Shown: positions 55,521-63,585 of the stretch, piece by piece
How positions within the stretch are numbered: the first letter of the stretch is position 1
Layout: the number at the start of each line of letters is the position of its first letter
NCBI GenBank assembly: GCA_963835625.1
Contig: CAWIGO010000011.1
Coordinates: 2,174 to 66,173, forward strand
Reading direction: 5' to 3'
DNA length: 64,000 nt
DNA from: an uncultured Verrucomicrobiae bacterium
GTDB lineage: Bacteria > Verrucomicrobiota > Verrucomicrobiia > Limisphaerales > UBA11358
Notes under the pieces: model-generated
Database searches by the model: none
Told to the model about the DNA's origin: nothing
What the model saw: the letters and a program-made list of their open reading frames with translations, nothing else
Made by a program: the position numbers and the translations under genes

Positions 55521-55991
55521 CTTCCGTGGCATCGCGACCTTGCCGGTGCGTGTGATGTCCGTCACGCCGAACGAACTCATCAATTCGACGAACTTTTCCA
55601 CCTTGCTCTCGTTGCCGGTGATTTCAATGGCGAGGCTCTTGGGTTGCACGTCCACGATTTTCGCGCGGAAAATGTCCGTGATTTGCATCACCTCGGCGCG
55701 CGACTTCGAATCCACTGAAACCTTCACGAGCACCAGTTCGCGGTCCACGTATTCGCCCTCGTGGAAATCCTGCACCTTGAGCACGTCGGGCAGCTTATTG
55801 AGCTGCTTGACGATTTGCTCCAGTGTCGCCTCGTCGCCGTGCGTGACGATGCTCATGCGCGACGTCTTCGGGTCCTGAGTCGGGCCGACGTTGAGCGTGT
55901 CAATGTTGTAGCCGCGTCCGCTGAACAAGCCCGCCACGCGCGTGAGCACGCCGAACTTATTCTCCACGAGAACTGAAATGGTATGTCGCAT
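55518..55991 (-). CDS. ilvN: Acetolactate synthase small (regulatory) subunit
   Basis: ACT domain start MRHTISVLVENKFGVLTRVAGLFSGRGYNI. Start at the internal Met; the ORF extends to 56024. Confidence 0.93.
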   Translation of the reverse strand: MRHTISVLVENKFGVLTRVAGLFSGRGYNIDTLNVGPTQDPKTSRMSIVTHGDEATLEQIVKQLNKLPDVLKVQDFHEGEYVDRELVLVKVSVDSKSRAEVMQITDIFRAKIVDVQPKSLAIEITGNESKVEKFVELMSSFGVTDITRTGKVAMPRK

Positions 55992-56051
55992 AAAACCGTT
56001 TGGAATAGAGAAGAAGGCTAACAATCGCCAATACTCGGGTCAAATCGTAAA

Positions 56052-56873
56052 TTAGAAGAACGGATTGTGTTCCCTTTCCTCCGCCACCGTTGTCAGCGGG
56101 CCGTGGCCGGGGCAAATCAGCGTTTCAGGCGGCAGCGATAAAATTTGCTCGCGGATTTTCTGCTTCGCCAAATCCCACGACTGGTTTCCGCGCCCGATTG
56201 ACCCGGCAAAAATCGCATCGCCGACAATCGCCACGTGCGGCGCGTCCTCCTGCCAGTTGCCGACGATGTAAGTCACGCCGTCCTCCGCGTGGCCGGGCGT
56301 GTCGCGGTTCGTGATGCGCAGGTTGCCGAGATGAATGAAATCATTCGCGCGATTCCGCTGGTCCACCGGCGCGTTTTTGGAACCGCTGTGCACTTTCGCC
56401 TTGGGAAACGCTTCGCGAATGGCGCCCAATGCGGCAACGTGATCGTGGTGTGTGTGCGTGATGAAAATGTGCCGGAGCACAAGCTGATTTTCGGCGATGC
56501 AATCCAAGACCGGCTTCGCGTCCCAGCCGGTGTCGAACAGCGCGGCTTCGCGCGAAACCTCGTCCCAAATCAAATAGCCGTTCACCGCCATCCCCCCGGC
56601 TGTGGTTGTGAAGCAGCGCAATTCGCGCCACGTGCCCAGCTCTTTCTCCGTTGGCAGCCAGTTGTTGGCAATGCCTTCGAGTTTGGACGCATTTAAGCCA
56701 ATCAGCGGCGCGAGCGAGGCGAAATTTAATTTTTTTGCCGCGCGGCCTGAATTTTCCAGCGCGGACAATTCGGTTTCGGAAATTCCGGCGGCCTTTGACG
56801 CTGCCGCAGCGGAAATGCCGCTCATGGCGCGCGCCTTGCTGATGATGTCGCCCAGATGGTCTTCCAGAGTCAC
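56052..56873 (-). CDS. Fusion protein: N-terminal XRE-type HTH domain plus MBL-fold metallo-hydrolase (glyoxalase II-like)
   Basis: HTH-like segment ARAMSGISAAAASKAAGISETELSALENSG and MBL motif THTHHDH. Start assigned to GTG 56873 because the longer ORF (to 57104) overlaps udg. Confidence 0.7.
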   Translation of the reverse strand: MTLEDHLGDIISKARAMSGISAAAASKAAGISETELSALENSGRAAKKLNFASLAPLIGLNASKLEGIANNWLPTEKELGTWRELRCFTTTAGGMAVNGYLIWDEVSREAALFDTGWDAKPVLDCIAENQLVLRHIFITHTHHDHVAALGAIREAFPKAKVHSGSKNAPVDQRNRANDFIHLGNLRITNRDTPGHAEDGVTYIVGNWQEDAPHVAIVGDAIFAGSIGRGNQSWDLAKQKIREQILSLPPETLICPGHGPLTTVAEEREHNPFF

Positions 56874-56968
56874 AGGCGAAACGGTAGTCTTGTGATGGAT
56901 TCGGCTGCAAGCTTTAGCTGCATGCAGAATTTTCGTGCGGACGACGCGGCGCAAGTTACGATGACGCC

Positions 56969-57910
56969 ATGTCTGCGGATTACGACAAATTGCTCGATGC
57001 GACGATTCAGCATCTCGAAGATTTGAAATCGCGCGGCGTGCGCCACGTCGCCGTTTCGCCTGAAACGCTCCGCGCGCTGGCGCAACCGTCCGGCGGAAAA
57101 TCACAAGTTCCGAATCTCAAATCTCAAATTGAAAAAACTGCGGCACCGTCACTACCTCCCAAACCGCTGGCTCAGTCCACAATCCGCAATCCGCAATCCG
57201 CAATTCCACAACCTGTTGCCGAACAGGCGATACTACTCGCCTTGCCGGGCGAGACCGTTGTCAGTCAAGGTCCACCGCTCGATCCGCAGGCAAAGGCGAC
57301 AGCGTTTGCCGCGTTGCGCGAACGGGCGCTGGCCTGCGTCAAGTGCGCGCACCTTGCCGCGTCGCGCAAGAACGTCGTGTTTGGCGTCGGCAACATTGAC
57401 GCGCAGATCATGTTCATCGGCGAGGCGCCGGGCGGGGACGAAGACGAGCAGGGCGAACCGTTCGTCGGCAAGGCCGGCCAGTTGCTCACGAGAATCATTC
57501 AGGCAATGGGGCTTCGGCGCGCGGATGTTTACATCGGCAACATTTTGAAATGCCGGCCCGACACGCCCGGCCAGACCGCCGGCAATCGCAAGCCGACCTC
57601 CGATGAAATGGCCACGTGCATTCCGTATTTGCACGAGCAGATTGATTTGATCCGGCCCAAAGTGATTGTCGCCCTCGGTGCAACGGCGGTGGAAGGTTTG
57701 TTGGGCAAGACCATTGGCATCACCAAGCTGCGCGGCACCTGGAAAACCTATCGCGGCACGCCGCTCATGCCGACGTATCATCCGGCTTACCTGCTGCGCA
57801 ACCAGGCCATGAGCGAGAAGCGCAAGGTCTGGGAAGACATGCTGGCCGTGATGGAAAAGCTCGAAATGCCCATCAGCGAAAAGCAACGGCGGTTTTTTCT
57901 GAAAGCTTGA
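56969..57910 (+). CDS. udg: Uracil-DNA glycosylase, family 4, with about 100-aa N-terminal extension
   Basis: Family-4 motifs [29 protein letters not shown]. The extension contains heptamer-encoded low-complexity tracts. Confidence 0.9.
   Translation: MSADYDKLLDATIQHLEDLKSRGVRHVAVSPETLRALAQPSGGKSQVPNLKSQIEKTAAPSLPPKPLAQSTIRNPQSAIPQPVAEQAILLALPGETVVSQGPPLDPQAKATAFAALRERALACVKCAHLAASRKNVVFGVGNIDAQIMFIGEAPGGDEDEQGEPFVGKAGQLLTRIIQAMGLRRADVYIGNILKCRPDTPGQTAGNRKPTSDEMATCIPYLHEQIDLIRPKVIVALGATAVEGLLGKTIGITKLRGTWKTYRGTPLMPTYHPAYLLRNQAMSEKRKVWEDMLAVMEKLEMPISEKQRRFFLKA
57113..57133. repeat. Heptamer array AATCTCA AATCTCA AATTGAA inside udg
   Basis: Read directly. Encodes NLKSQIE. Confidence 0.7.
57181..57201. 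repeat. Heptanucleotide tandem array (AATCCGC)x3 inside udg, with degenerate flanking units
   Basis: AGTCCAC AATCCGC AATCCGC AATCCGC AATTCCA. Encodes [12 protein letters not shown]. Confidence 0.85.
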
Positions 57911-57977
57911 TCCGCGAATTACGCGAATGACCACGAATAAAGGCCGAAAATCATCGGAAATTCGCGTAATTCGCGGA
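57911..57977. repeat. Perfect 18-bp inverted repeat TCCGCGAATTACGCGAAT / ATTCGCGTAATTCGCGGA with 31-nt spacer
   Basis: Arms at 57911-57928 and 57960-57977 verified as exact reverse complements. Starts directly after the udg stop. Carries the AATTCGCG core. Confidence 0.85.
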
Positions 57978-58014
57978 TTGCTCCCACGTTTTTTTCCGCT
58001 ATAACCAGCATCCG

Positions 58015-58668
58015 ATGTTCAAGTCGCTGTTCAAGCCCGTCATTGCCTGGTATTTGGGTGCGCTCAAAAGCGGTGGTTATTCGGTCATCGTGTTGCTCAT
58101 GGCCATCGAAAGTTCCGTCGCGCCGTTGCCGAGCGAAGTCATCATCCCGCCCGCAGCGCATCTGGCCTACACCCACCAGATTCCGCTTAATCTCTGGGGC
58201 ATCGTCATTGCCGGAGCGCTCGGTTCGTGGCTCGGCGCGACGGCGATGTATTGGGCGTCGCGGATTGCCGGGCGTCCACTGGTAATGCGTTATGGCCGGT
58301 TCGTGATGATTTCGCCGGAGAAAGTCGAAAAGGCCGAGCGCTGGTCGGCGCATTACGGCGCGATGGGCATTTTCATTTCGCGGTTGCTGCCGGTGGTGCG
58401 GCATCTCATCGGCATCCCGGCGGGCATCGTGCGGATGAATTACCTGCAATTTTCTGTGTTCACCGTGCTCGGCTCGGGCATCTGGTGTTCGGTGTTGTGT
58501 TACGTCGGCGTCAAGGCGGGCCAGGATGAAAAGCTCATGCGCGGCGAATTGCATCACCTCACGCTCTGGCTGGGCGGCGCGATGCTGGTGCTCGGCGGAC
58601 TTTATTATTTCTTCGTCCACCGGCATATGACAAAGAGGTCCGAAGTCCAAAGCCCAAAGTCCAAATAA
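58015..58668 (+). CDS. DedA family membrane protein
   Basis: 217 aa with motifs ESSVAPLPSEVI and RLLPVVRHLIGIPAG. Confidence 0.9.
   Translation: MFKSLFKPVIAWYLGALKSGGYSVIVLLMAIESSVAPLPSEVIIPPAAHLAYTHQIPLNLWGIVIAGALGSWLGATAMYWASRIAGRPLVMRYGRFVMISPEKVEKAERWSAHYGAMGIFISRLLPVVRHLIGIPAGIVRMNYLQFSVFTVLGSGIWCSVLCYVGVKAGQDEKLMRGELHHLTLWLGGAMLVLGGLYYFFVHRHMTKRSEVQSPKSK
58636..58663. repeat. Heptamer array AGGTCCG AAGTCCA AAGCCCA AAGTCCA forming the 3-prime end of dedA
   Basis: Read directly. Encodes RSEVQSPKS and runs into the stop codon. Confidence 0.75.
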
Positions 58669-58694
58669 ACTTCAGCCTTCGCCTGCCCCGGCTT

Positions 58695-59120
58695 CTATTT
58701 AACGAGATTCAGACTGTAAGGATACTGGTATTCCTCTCCGTTGTTGGCCTTGAGGCCGGCAATGATGGCAAGGATCAGCCCGGCTAGGCCGATTAAAATC
58801 ACCAGCGGGAACAGCAAAAAGCCGATGCGGATAAAGGACAGCAAAATGGCCACGGCCATGCCGATGAATATGGCAATGGTCACGGTGATTTGAAAATTGA
58901 GCGCCGCCTTGCCGTGAACATTCACAGAAGGAATTTCGTTCTTCTTGATTTGCCAGACCAGCAATGGGCCAAGAATGTTGCCAAACGGGATGATGAAACC
59001 CACCAGCGCGCTCAAGTGACACAGCATGTTCCAGGTGCGGGCTTGGGCTTCGTTTGGGCTGATCGGGTTTGGGTTTTGTGGCGGTTGAGCCGGCGGCGTT
59101 GGTGTTTGGTTTTCTGGCAT
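58695..59120 (-). CDS. DUF4870-like small membrane protein with Pro/Gln-rich N-terminus
   Basis: 141 aa from the Met at 59120. Motif HLSALVGFIIPFGNILGPLLVW plus two further TM helices. The rest of ORF 58695..60401 is antisense to uvrC and not credible. Confidence 0.7.
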   Translation of the reverse strand: MPENQTPTPPAQPPQNPNPISPNEAQARTWNMLCHLSALVGFIIPFGNILGPLLVWQIKKNEIPSVNVHGKAALNFQITVTIAIFIGMAVAILLSFIRIGFLLFPLVILIGLAGLILAIIAGLKANNGEEYQYPYSLNLVK

Positions 59121-59270
59121 ATGGGTTTCCTTTCTTGGGTTCGCCCGCCTGATACGCCCATTCGATTCGGCGTGCAACTCAAAAATCCGGTCTCGTTTCC
59201 GCGCTTGTCCGCGCAAATTGGCGGTTGAAAATTCCTTTGCACCGTGGCGGCTTTGCGTTGAAATTCCATT

Positions 59271-60803
59271 GTGACTGTGATTGAAGCCATCCGCAAGAAG
59301 TTGAGCGTCTTGCCGCACAAACCGGGCATCTACCTGATGAAGGACCGGTTCGGCACGGTCATTTACATCGGCAAGGCGCGCGACTTGCGCAAACGCGTGA
59401 GCCAGTATTTCCATCCGTCGCGCCGCCTGGGCTGGGACCTGAAATTCAACGCGCTGGTCGAGGCCATCCACGATTTCGACATTCACGTCGTCCGCAGCGA
59501 ACCGGAGGCGTTTCTGCTCGAAGGCAAACTCATCAAGGAATTTCATCCGCGTTACAACGTCAGTTTCCGCGACGACAAACGGTTCCTGATGCTCAAGGTC
59601 AATCTCAACGACCCGATCCCCAACTTCACCTTTACCCGGCTGAAAAAAGACGATGGTGCGCGGTACTTCGGGCCGTTCTCGAATTCGGGCGCGCTGCGCA
59701 ACACACTCGCGTTGGTGCGGCGGCAGTTCAATCTGCGCGGCTGCCGCGTGTTCACGCCGGGCGAGGCCGATTATAAGCATTGTCTCTACGCGCATTTGAA
59801 ATACTGCACCGCACCGTGCATCGGTAACGTCACACGCGAACAATATCTCGATCAGGTCCGCGCCGCTTGCGATTTTCTGGAAGGCCAGTGCCACGAGATG
59901 AAGGAACAACTCGAAGTCGAAATGCGCAAGGCCGCCGTTGCGCAGGATTATGAAAAAGCAGCCGGCTTGCGCGATCTCATCTGTGATCTGAAGGAAACGA
60001 CGAAGAAGGAGCGGAAGTTTAAGCGCGTGCCTTACACGTTGCCGCTGGCGATGGACCCGCAGCGCGACCTCACGGAACTGGCGAAGGCTCTTAACCTGCG
60101 CGAACCGCCGCAACGCATCGAAGGCTTCGACATTTCGAACATCAGCGGCACGTTCGCCGTCGCGTCGCTGGTGAGTTTCAAGCACGGCCGGCCTGATCGC
60201 GCGAATTACCGCCGGTTCAAAATCAAAACCGTCGAGGGCCAGGACGATTTCGCCAGCATGGCGGAAGTCGTGAAGCGGCGGTATACGCGCCTTTTGCGCG
60301 AGGGTAGGGCTCGCTCTCTGAGCGAGCCGCGGCGCGCTAGGGACAGCGCGCCCTACCCAAACCTGCCCGACCTTATCCTCATAGATGGCGGCAAAGGCCA
60401 ACTCAACGCGGCTTGTAACGAATTAAAAAAACTCTGTCTGGAAAAAATTCCCATTATCGGGCTGGCAAAGGAATTTGAGGAGATTTACCAGCCCGGTAAA
60501 AGCGAACCGTTGCGGCTCGGTCTCAACCATCCGGGGGTGAAACTGCTCCAGCGGATTCGCGATGAATCGCATCGCGTGGCGAATTCCTATAACGCGCAGC
60601 TTCGCATCAAGCGGATTTCGGAAAGCGTGCTCGACGAATTTTCCGGCATCGGGGAGCGGCGCAAACAGGCGCTGCTGAAAAAATTCGGTTCGGTGCAACG
60701 GTTGCGAACAGCGACGGTGGAACAAATCGCTGCCGTGCCGGGTTTCGGTGGAAAAGCGGCGAAGGAATTGAAAGAGTTTTTAGAAGCGCGGTCGGCCAGT
60801 TAA
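59271..60803 (+). CDS. uvrC: Excinuclease ABC subunit C
   Basis: GTG start. GIY-YIG (PGIYLMKD...IYIGKA), UVR motif (YEKAAGLRD), endonuclease domain (IEGFDISN, LILIDGGKGQL), C-terminal HhH pair. Carries an in-frame REP-like insertion. Confidence 0.93.
   Translation: MTVIEAIRKKLSVLPHKPGIYLMKDRFGTVIYIGKARDLRKRVSQYFHPSRRLGWDLKFNALVEAIHDFDIHVVRSEPEAFLLEGKLIKEFHPRYNVSFRDDKRFLMLKVNLNDPIPNFTFTRLKKDDGARYFGPFSNSGALRNTLALVRRQFNLRGCRVFTPGEADYKHCLYAHLKYCTAPCIGNVTREQYLDQVRAACDFLEGQCHEMKEQLEVEMRKAAVAQDYEKAAGLRDLICDLKETTKKERKFKRVPYTLPLAMDPQRDLTELAKALNLREPPQRIEGFDISNISGTFAVASLVSFKHGRPDRANYRRFKIKTVEGQDDFASMAEVVKRRYTRLLREGRARSLSEPRRARDSAPYPNLPDLILIDGGKGQLNAACNELKKLCLEKIPIIGLAKEFEEIYQPGKSEPLRLGLNHPGVKLLQRIRDESHRVANSYNAQLRIKRISESVLDEFSGIGERRKQALLKKFGSVQRLRTATVEQIAAVPGFGGKAAKELKEFLEARSAS
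60304..60357. repeat. REP/REPIN-like element, copy E, inserted in frame (18 codons) within uvrC
   Basis: GTAGGGCTCGCTCTCTGAGCGAGCC-GCGGCGCGCTAGGGACAGCGCGCCCTACC. Translated as GRARSLSEPRRARDSAPY between RRYTRLLRE and PNLPDLILIDGG. Confidence 0.85.
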
Positions 60804-60810
60804 CAAAAAG

Positions 60811-60840
60811 AAATTCGTGCCAATTCGTGAAATTCGTGTC
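60811..60840. repeat. Three direct AATTCGTG units at 10- and 9-nt spacing
   Basis: AAATTCGTGCC-AATTCGTGA-AATTCGTGTC. The core CAATTCGTGAAATTCGYGTC matches 34437..34467. Confidence 0.7.
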
Positions 60841-60851
60841 TTTATTGTGGC

Positions 60852-61259
60852 ATGAATGTTCAAGTAGCGGTGCTTTGCGACGCCGCGACCGACGACAACG
60901 GGAAAATGAATCTCCTCGGCGCGTTCGACACGATTTACGCGCAGCAGCTGCCCGCCGTGCATCCGCAATGCGCCGTGGCATTACGCGTCACGTTCGCTGC
61001 CGACGATGAGGGCCAGCGCAAGCTGAAGCTGAATTTCATCAATGCCGACGGCCATCCCATCATGCCGCCCATCGAGATCCCGGTCAAAGTGACGCTGCCG
61101 GACGACGCGCATTTCCTCACGCGCAATTTCATCGTGAACATCCAGCAATTGAAGTTCGCCGAGGCGGGTTTGTATTCCGTGGATGTCCGGCTGGACGACA
61201 AATCGCAGGTGAGCATTCCGCTGCTGGTGAAAAACATTCCGCCGCGCGCGGTGGCATGA
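60852..61259 (+). CDS. Conserved hypothetical protein (135 aa, beta-rich)
   Basis: Clean ORF with an N-terminal pattern (MNVQVAVLCDAATDDNGKMNLLGAFD) that I recall from small uncharacterised bacterial proteins. No function assignable. Confidence 0.5.
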   Translation: MNVQVAVLCDAATDDNGKMNLLGAFDTIYAQQLPAVHPQCAVALRVTFAADDEGQRKLKLNFINADGHPIMPPIEIPVKVTLPDDAHFLTRNFIVNIQQLKFAEAGLYSVDVRLDDKSQVSIPLLVKNIPPRAVA

Positions 61260-61382
61260 AGAAATGCAGAAGGTTGAATGAAGAATGAAGAAATTATTTA
61301 CGTACACCTGATCTTTGAATGGCTGGGTTTCTGCATTCTACCTTTGAATAGAAACGATTTTTGACTCCATATTTTGCGCAAA

Positions 61383-62282
61383 ATGAAAACTGAAACAGTC
61401 CTTCAACTCGATTTACCGGGCGTCAAAAAGCTCAAGAGCGGCAAGGTGCGCGAAGTTTTCGACCTCGGCGATCGCTTGCTGTTCGTCGCGACCGACCGCC
61501 TCTCGGCGTTCGACGTCGTCATGCCCAACGGCATCCCGCGCAAAGGCGAGGTGCTCACGCAGATTTCCTATTTCTGGTTCGCACAGACCGAATCGTTCCA
61601 GCCAAACCATCTCATTTCGCGCGTCCCGCAAAGCGGGAAGCCGCTGCCGAAAAATCTCCAGCCGTTCGCCGACAAACTCGCGCGCCGCTCGATGATCGTG
61701 AAGAAATGCGAACCGCTGGCCATCGAATGTGTCGTGCGCGGCTATCTCGCCGGCAGCGGCTGGAAGGAATACCAGAAATCGCAAACCGTTTGTGGCATCA
61801 AGCTGCCGCCGGGCCTGAAGGAATCGTCCGAATTGCCGGAACCGATTTTCACGCCGGCCACCAAGGCCGAAACCGGCCACGACGAAAACATTTCATTCGA
61901 ACGGGCAAAGAAAATCGTCGGTGACGATATGGCTGGGCAGGCGCGCGCGGCGAGTTTGAAGATTTACAACTTCGCCAGGGATTACGCGCGCCAGCGTGGC
62001 ATCATCATTGCGGACACGAAGTTCGAGTTTGGTATGGACAACGGTAAACTCATTTTGATTGATGAAGTATTGACGCCGGATTCCTCGCGTTTCTGGCCGG
62101 CCGACCAGTATCAGCCCGGTCGCAGCCAGCCGAGCTTCGACAAACAATTCGTCCGCGACTATCTCGAAACGCTCGATTGGAACAAAACTCCGCCTGGTCC
62201 GGTGCTCCCGCCGGATGTCGTAGCCAAAACCAGCGCGACTTATCTCGAAGCCTACGAAAGACTCACCGGGCGCAAGCTCTAA
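61383..62282 (+). CDS. purC: Phosphoribosylaminoimidazole-succinocarboxamide synthase
   Basis: [15 protein letters not shown] and [14 protein letters not shown] motifs. ATG at 61383 preferred over TTG at 61374. Confidence 0.93.
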   Translation: MKTETVLQLDLPGVKKLKSGKVREVFDLGDRLLFVATDRLSAFDVVMPNGIPRKGEVLTQISYFWFAQTESFQPNHLISRVPQSGKPLPKNLQPFADKLARRSMIVKKCEPLAIECVVRGYLAGSGWKEYQKSQTVCGIKLPPGLKESSELPEPIFTPATKAETGHDENISFERAKKIVGDDMAGQARAASLKIYNFARDYARQRGIIIADTKFEFGMDNGKLILIDEVLTPDSSRFWPADQYQPGRSQPSFDKQFVRDYLETLDWNKTPPGPVLPPDVVAKTSATYLEAYERLTGRKL

Positions 62283-63208
62283 TGCAAACTTTGGTCGAAG
62301 ATTTTCTGCAATACCTGCGCCATGAGCGCGGACAGGCGGAGCACACGCAGAAAACCTATGCGGCATTGCTCGGCAAATTCATCGCGTGGGCAGGCAAACA
62401 GGGATTGACGGACTGGAAGCAAGTCGAATTGAAGCACCTCATGGCGTTCCTTCAGCACGAACGCGAACGAGCTCTGATCAATCAGCCAAAAGATTCGCCA
62501 CGCCGATTGAGCGGTGAGAGCGTTTATCTTGAAATCGCCGCGTTACGCGCGTTTTATCGCTTCGCCGAAAATGAAAAGTTATTGCCGGTCAACGTGGCGG
62601 AAAATCTGTCGTTGCCGCGCCGATGGAAACGCCTGCCGAAAGCATTATCGAACCAGGAAATCGAAAAACTGCTCACTCCGGAATCACCGGAAACGCCCGA
62701 AAGTTTGTGCGATCAAGCGATTTTGGAACTCGCTTACGCCTCCGGTTTACGGCTCGCTGAACTGCGAAATTTGCGCCTCGAACAACTGCATCTCGAAGTC
62801 GGCTTCATTAACGTCATCGGCAAAGGCAACAAGGAGCGCGTCGTGCCGGTTGGGCGCAAGGCTGTTGAAGCATTGAATCGTTACATTGAAGTCGGCCGGC
62901 CGAAGCTCGTCACGCCGCGTTCGCCGGCAAACGTGTTTTTGACGAAACGCGGCACACCGTTCGCGGCGGTGACACTCTGGTTGCGGATTAAAAATCGAGT
63001 TAAGCGGACTAACGTCGCGCGCAATATCACACCGCACATGCTGCGGCACAGTTTCGCGACGCATTTGCTGGAGCACGGCGCGGATTTGCGGGTGATTCAG
63101 GAATTACTTGGCCACGCGAACATCAGCACGACGGAGGTTTATACGCACATCACCGGCAATCGGCTGCGCGACATTCACCGGAAATTTCACCCACGGGCAA
63201 AGGAATAA
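62282..63208 (+). CDS. xerD: Site-specific tyrosine recombinase XerD/XerC
   Basis: Phage-integrase SAM-like N-domain, R...HxxR...Y catalytic pattern (LRHSFATHLLEHGADLRVIQELLGHANISTTEVYTHI). ATG overlaps the purC stop (TAATG). Confidence 0.88.
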   Translation: MQTLVEDFLQYLRHERGQAEHTQKTYAALLGKFIAWAGKQGLTDWKQVELKHLMAFLQHERERALINQPKDSPRRLSGESVYLEIAALRAFYRFAENEKLLPVNVAENLSLPRRWKRLPKALSNQEIEKLLTPESPETPESLCDQAILELAYASGLRLAELRNLRLEQLHLEVGFINVIGKGNKERVVPVGRKAVEALNRYIEVGRPKLVTPRSPANVFLTKRGTPFAAVTLWLRIKNRVKRTNVARNITPHMLRHSFATHLLEHGADLRVIQELLGHANISTTEVYTHITGNRLRDIHRKFHPRAKE

Positions 63209-63249
63209 TCGCCGCGCCTCTGTGAATTTGCCTTGGAAGAATCGAAAAA

Positions 63250-63483
63250 CTAAGCGCCGTTATCGCCGATGGCTTCGACCGGGCAGCCTTCCTTGGCTTC
63301 CTTGCAGCGCGCTTCTTCTTCGGGCGAGGCCGGTTGTTTGCAGACGACTGAGTATCCGCCGTCTTCATTGCGCTTGAAATTGTCCGGTGCCGTTTCGCGG
63401 CACAGGTCGCAGTCAATGCACTGGTTGTCCACGTAGTATTTGCCCGGGACATTTTCGGGATATTTATTTGCAACGTCAGCCAT
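63250..63483 (-). CDS. Ferredoxin (single 4Fe-4S cluster type)
   Basis: 77 aa from the internal Met MADVANKYPEN. Cys pattern C..C..C ... CP. Confidence 0.8.
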   Translation of the reverse strand: MADVANKYPENVPGKYYVDNQCIDCDLCRETAPDNFKRNEDGGYSVVCKQPASPEEEARCKEAKEGCPVEAIGDNGA

Positions 63484-63585
63484 AAATTGTTCGGTTAATA
63501 TGGCCGCTGCCTGTATTGCTGGCAAGTTTCATTTGCTTTTCCAAATGTTATGCGGTGTGAATTGAAAATTGCGAAGAGAAAGCGG

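Noticed and set aside
58695-60401. 568-aa ORF on the minus strand
   Set aside because: All but its last 141 codons run antisense to a well-supported uvrC. The sequence there is Arg/Ala/Gly-rich with no motifs, typical of shadow ORFs in high-GC DNA. Only the 3-prime part (58695..59120, DUF4870-like) is credible.
61263-61337. 9-bp inverted repeat AATGCAGAA/TTCTGCATT as a terminator for the hypothetical gene
   Set aside because: The 57-nt spacer and lack of a T-run make a terminator unlikely. It is treated only as part of a repeat patch in the findings.
62282-63208. Tyrosine recombinase as a marker of an integrated mobile element
   Set aside because: Its sequence pattern and length fit chromosomal XerC/XerD. 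It is translationally coupled to purC, and no att-like repeats or phage or ICE genes flank it.
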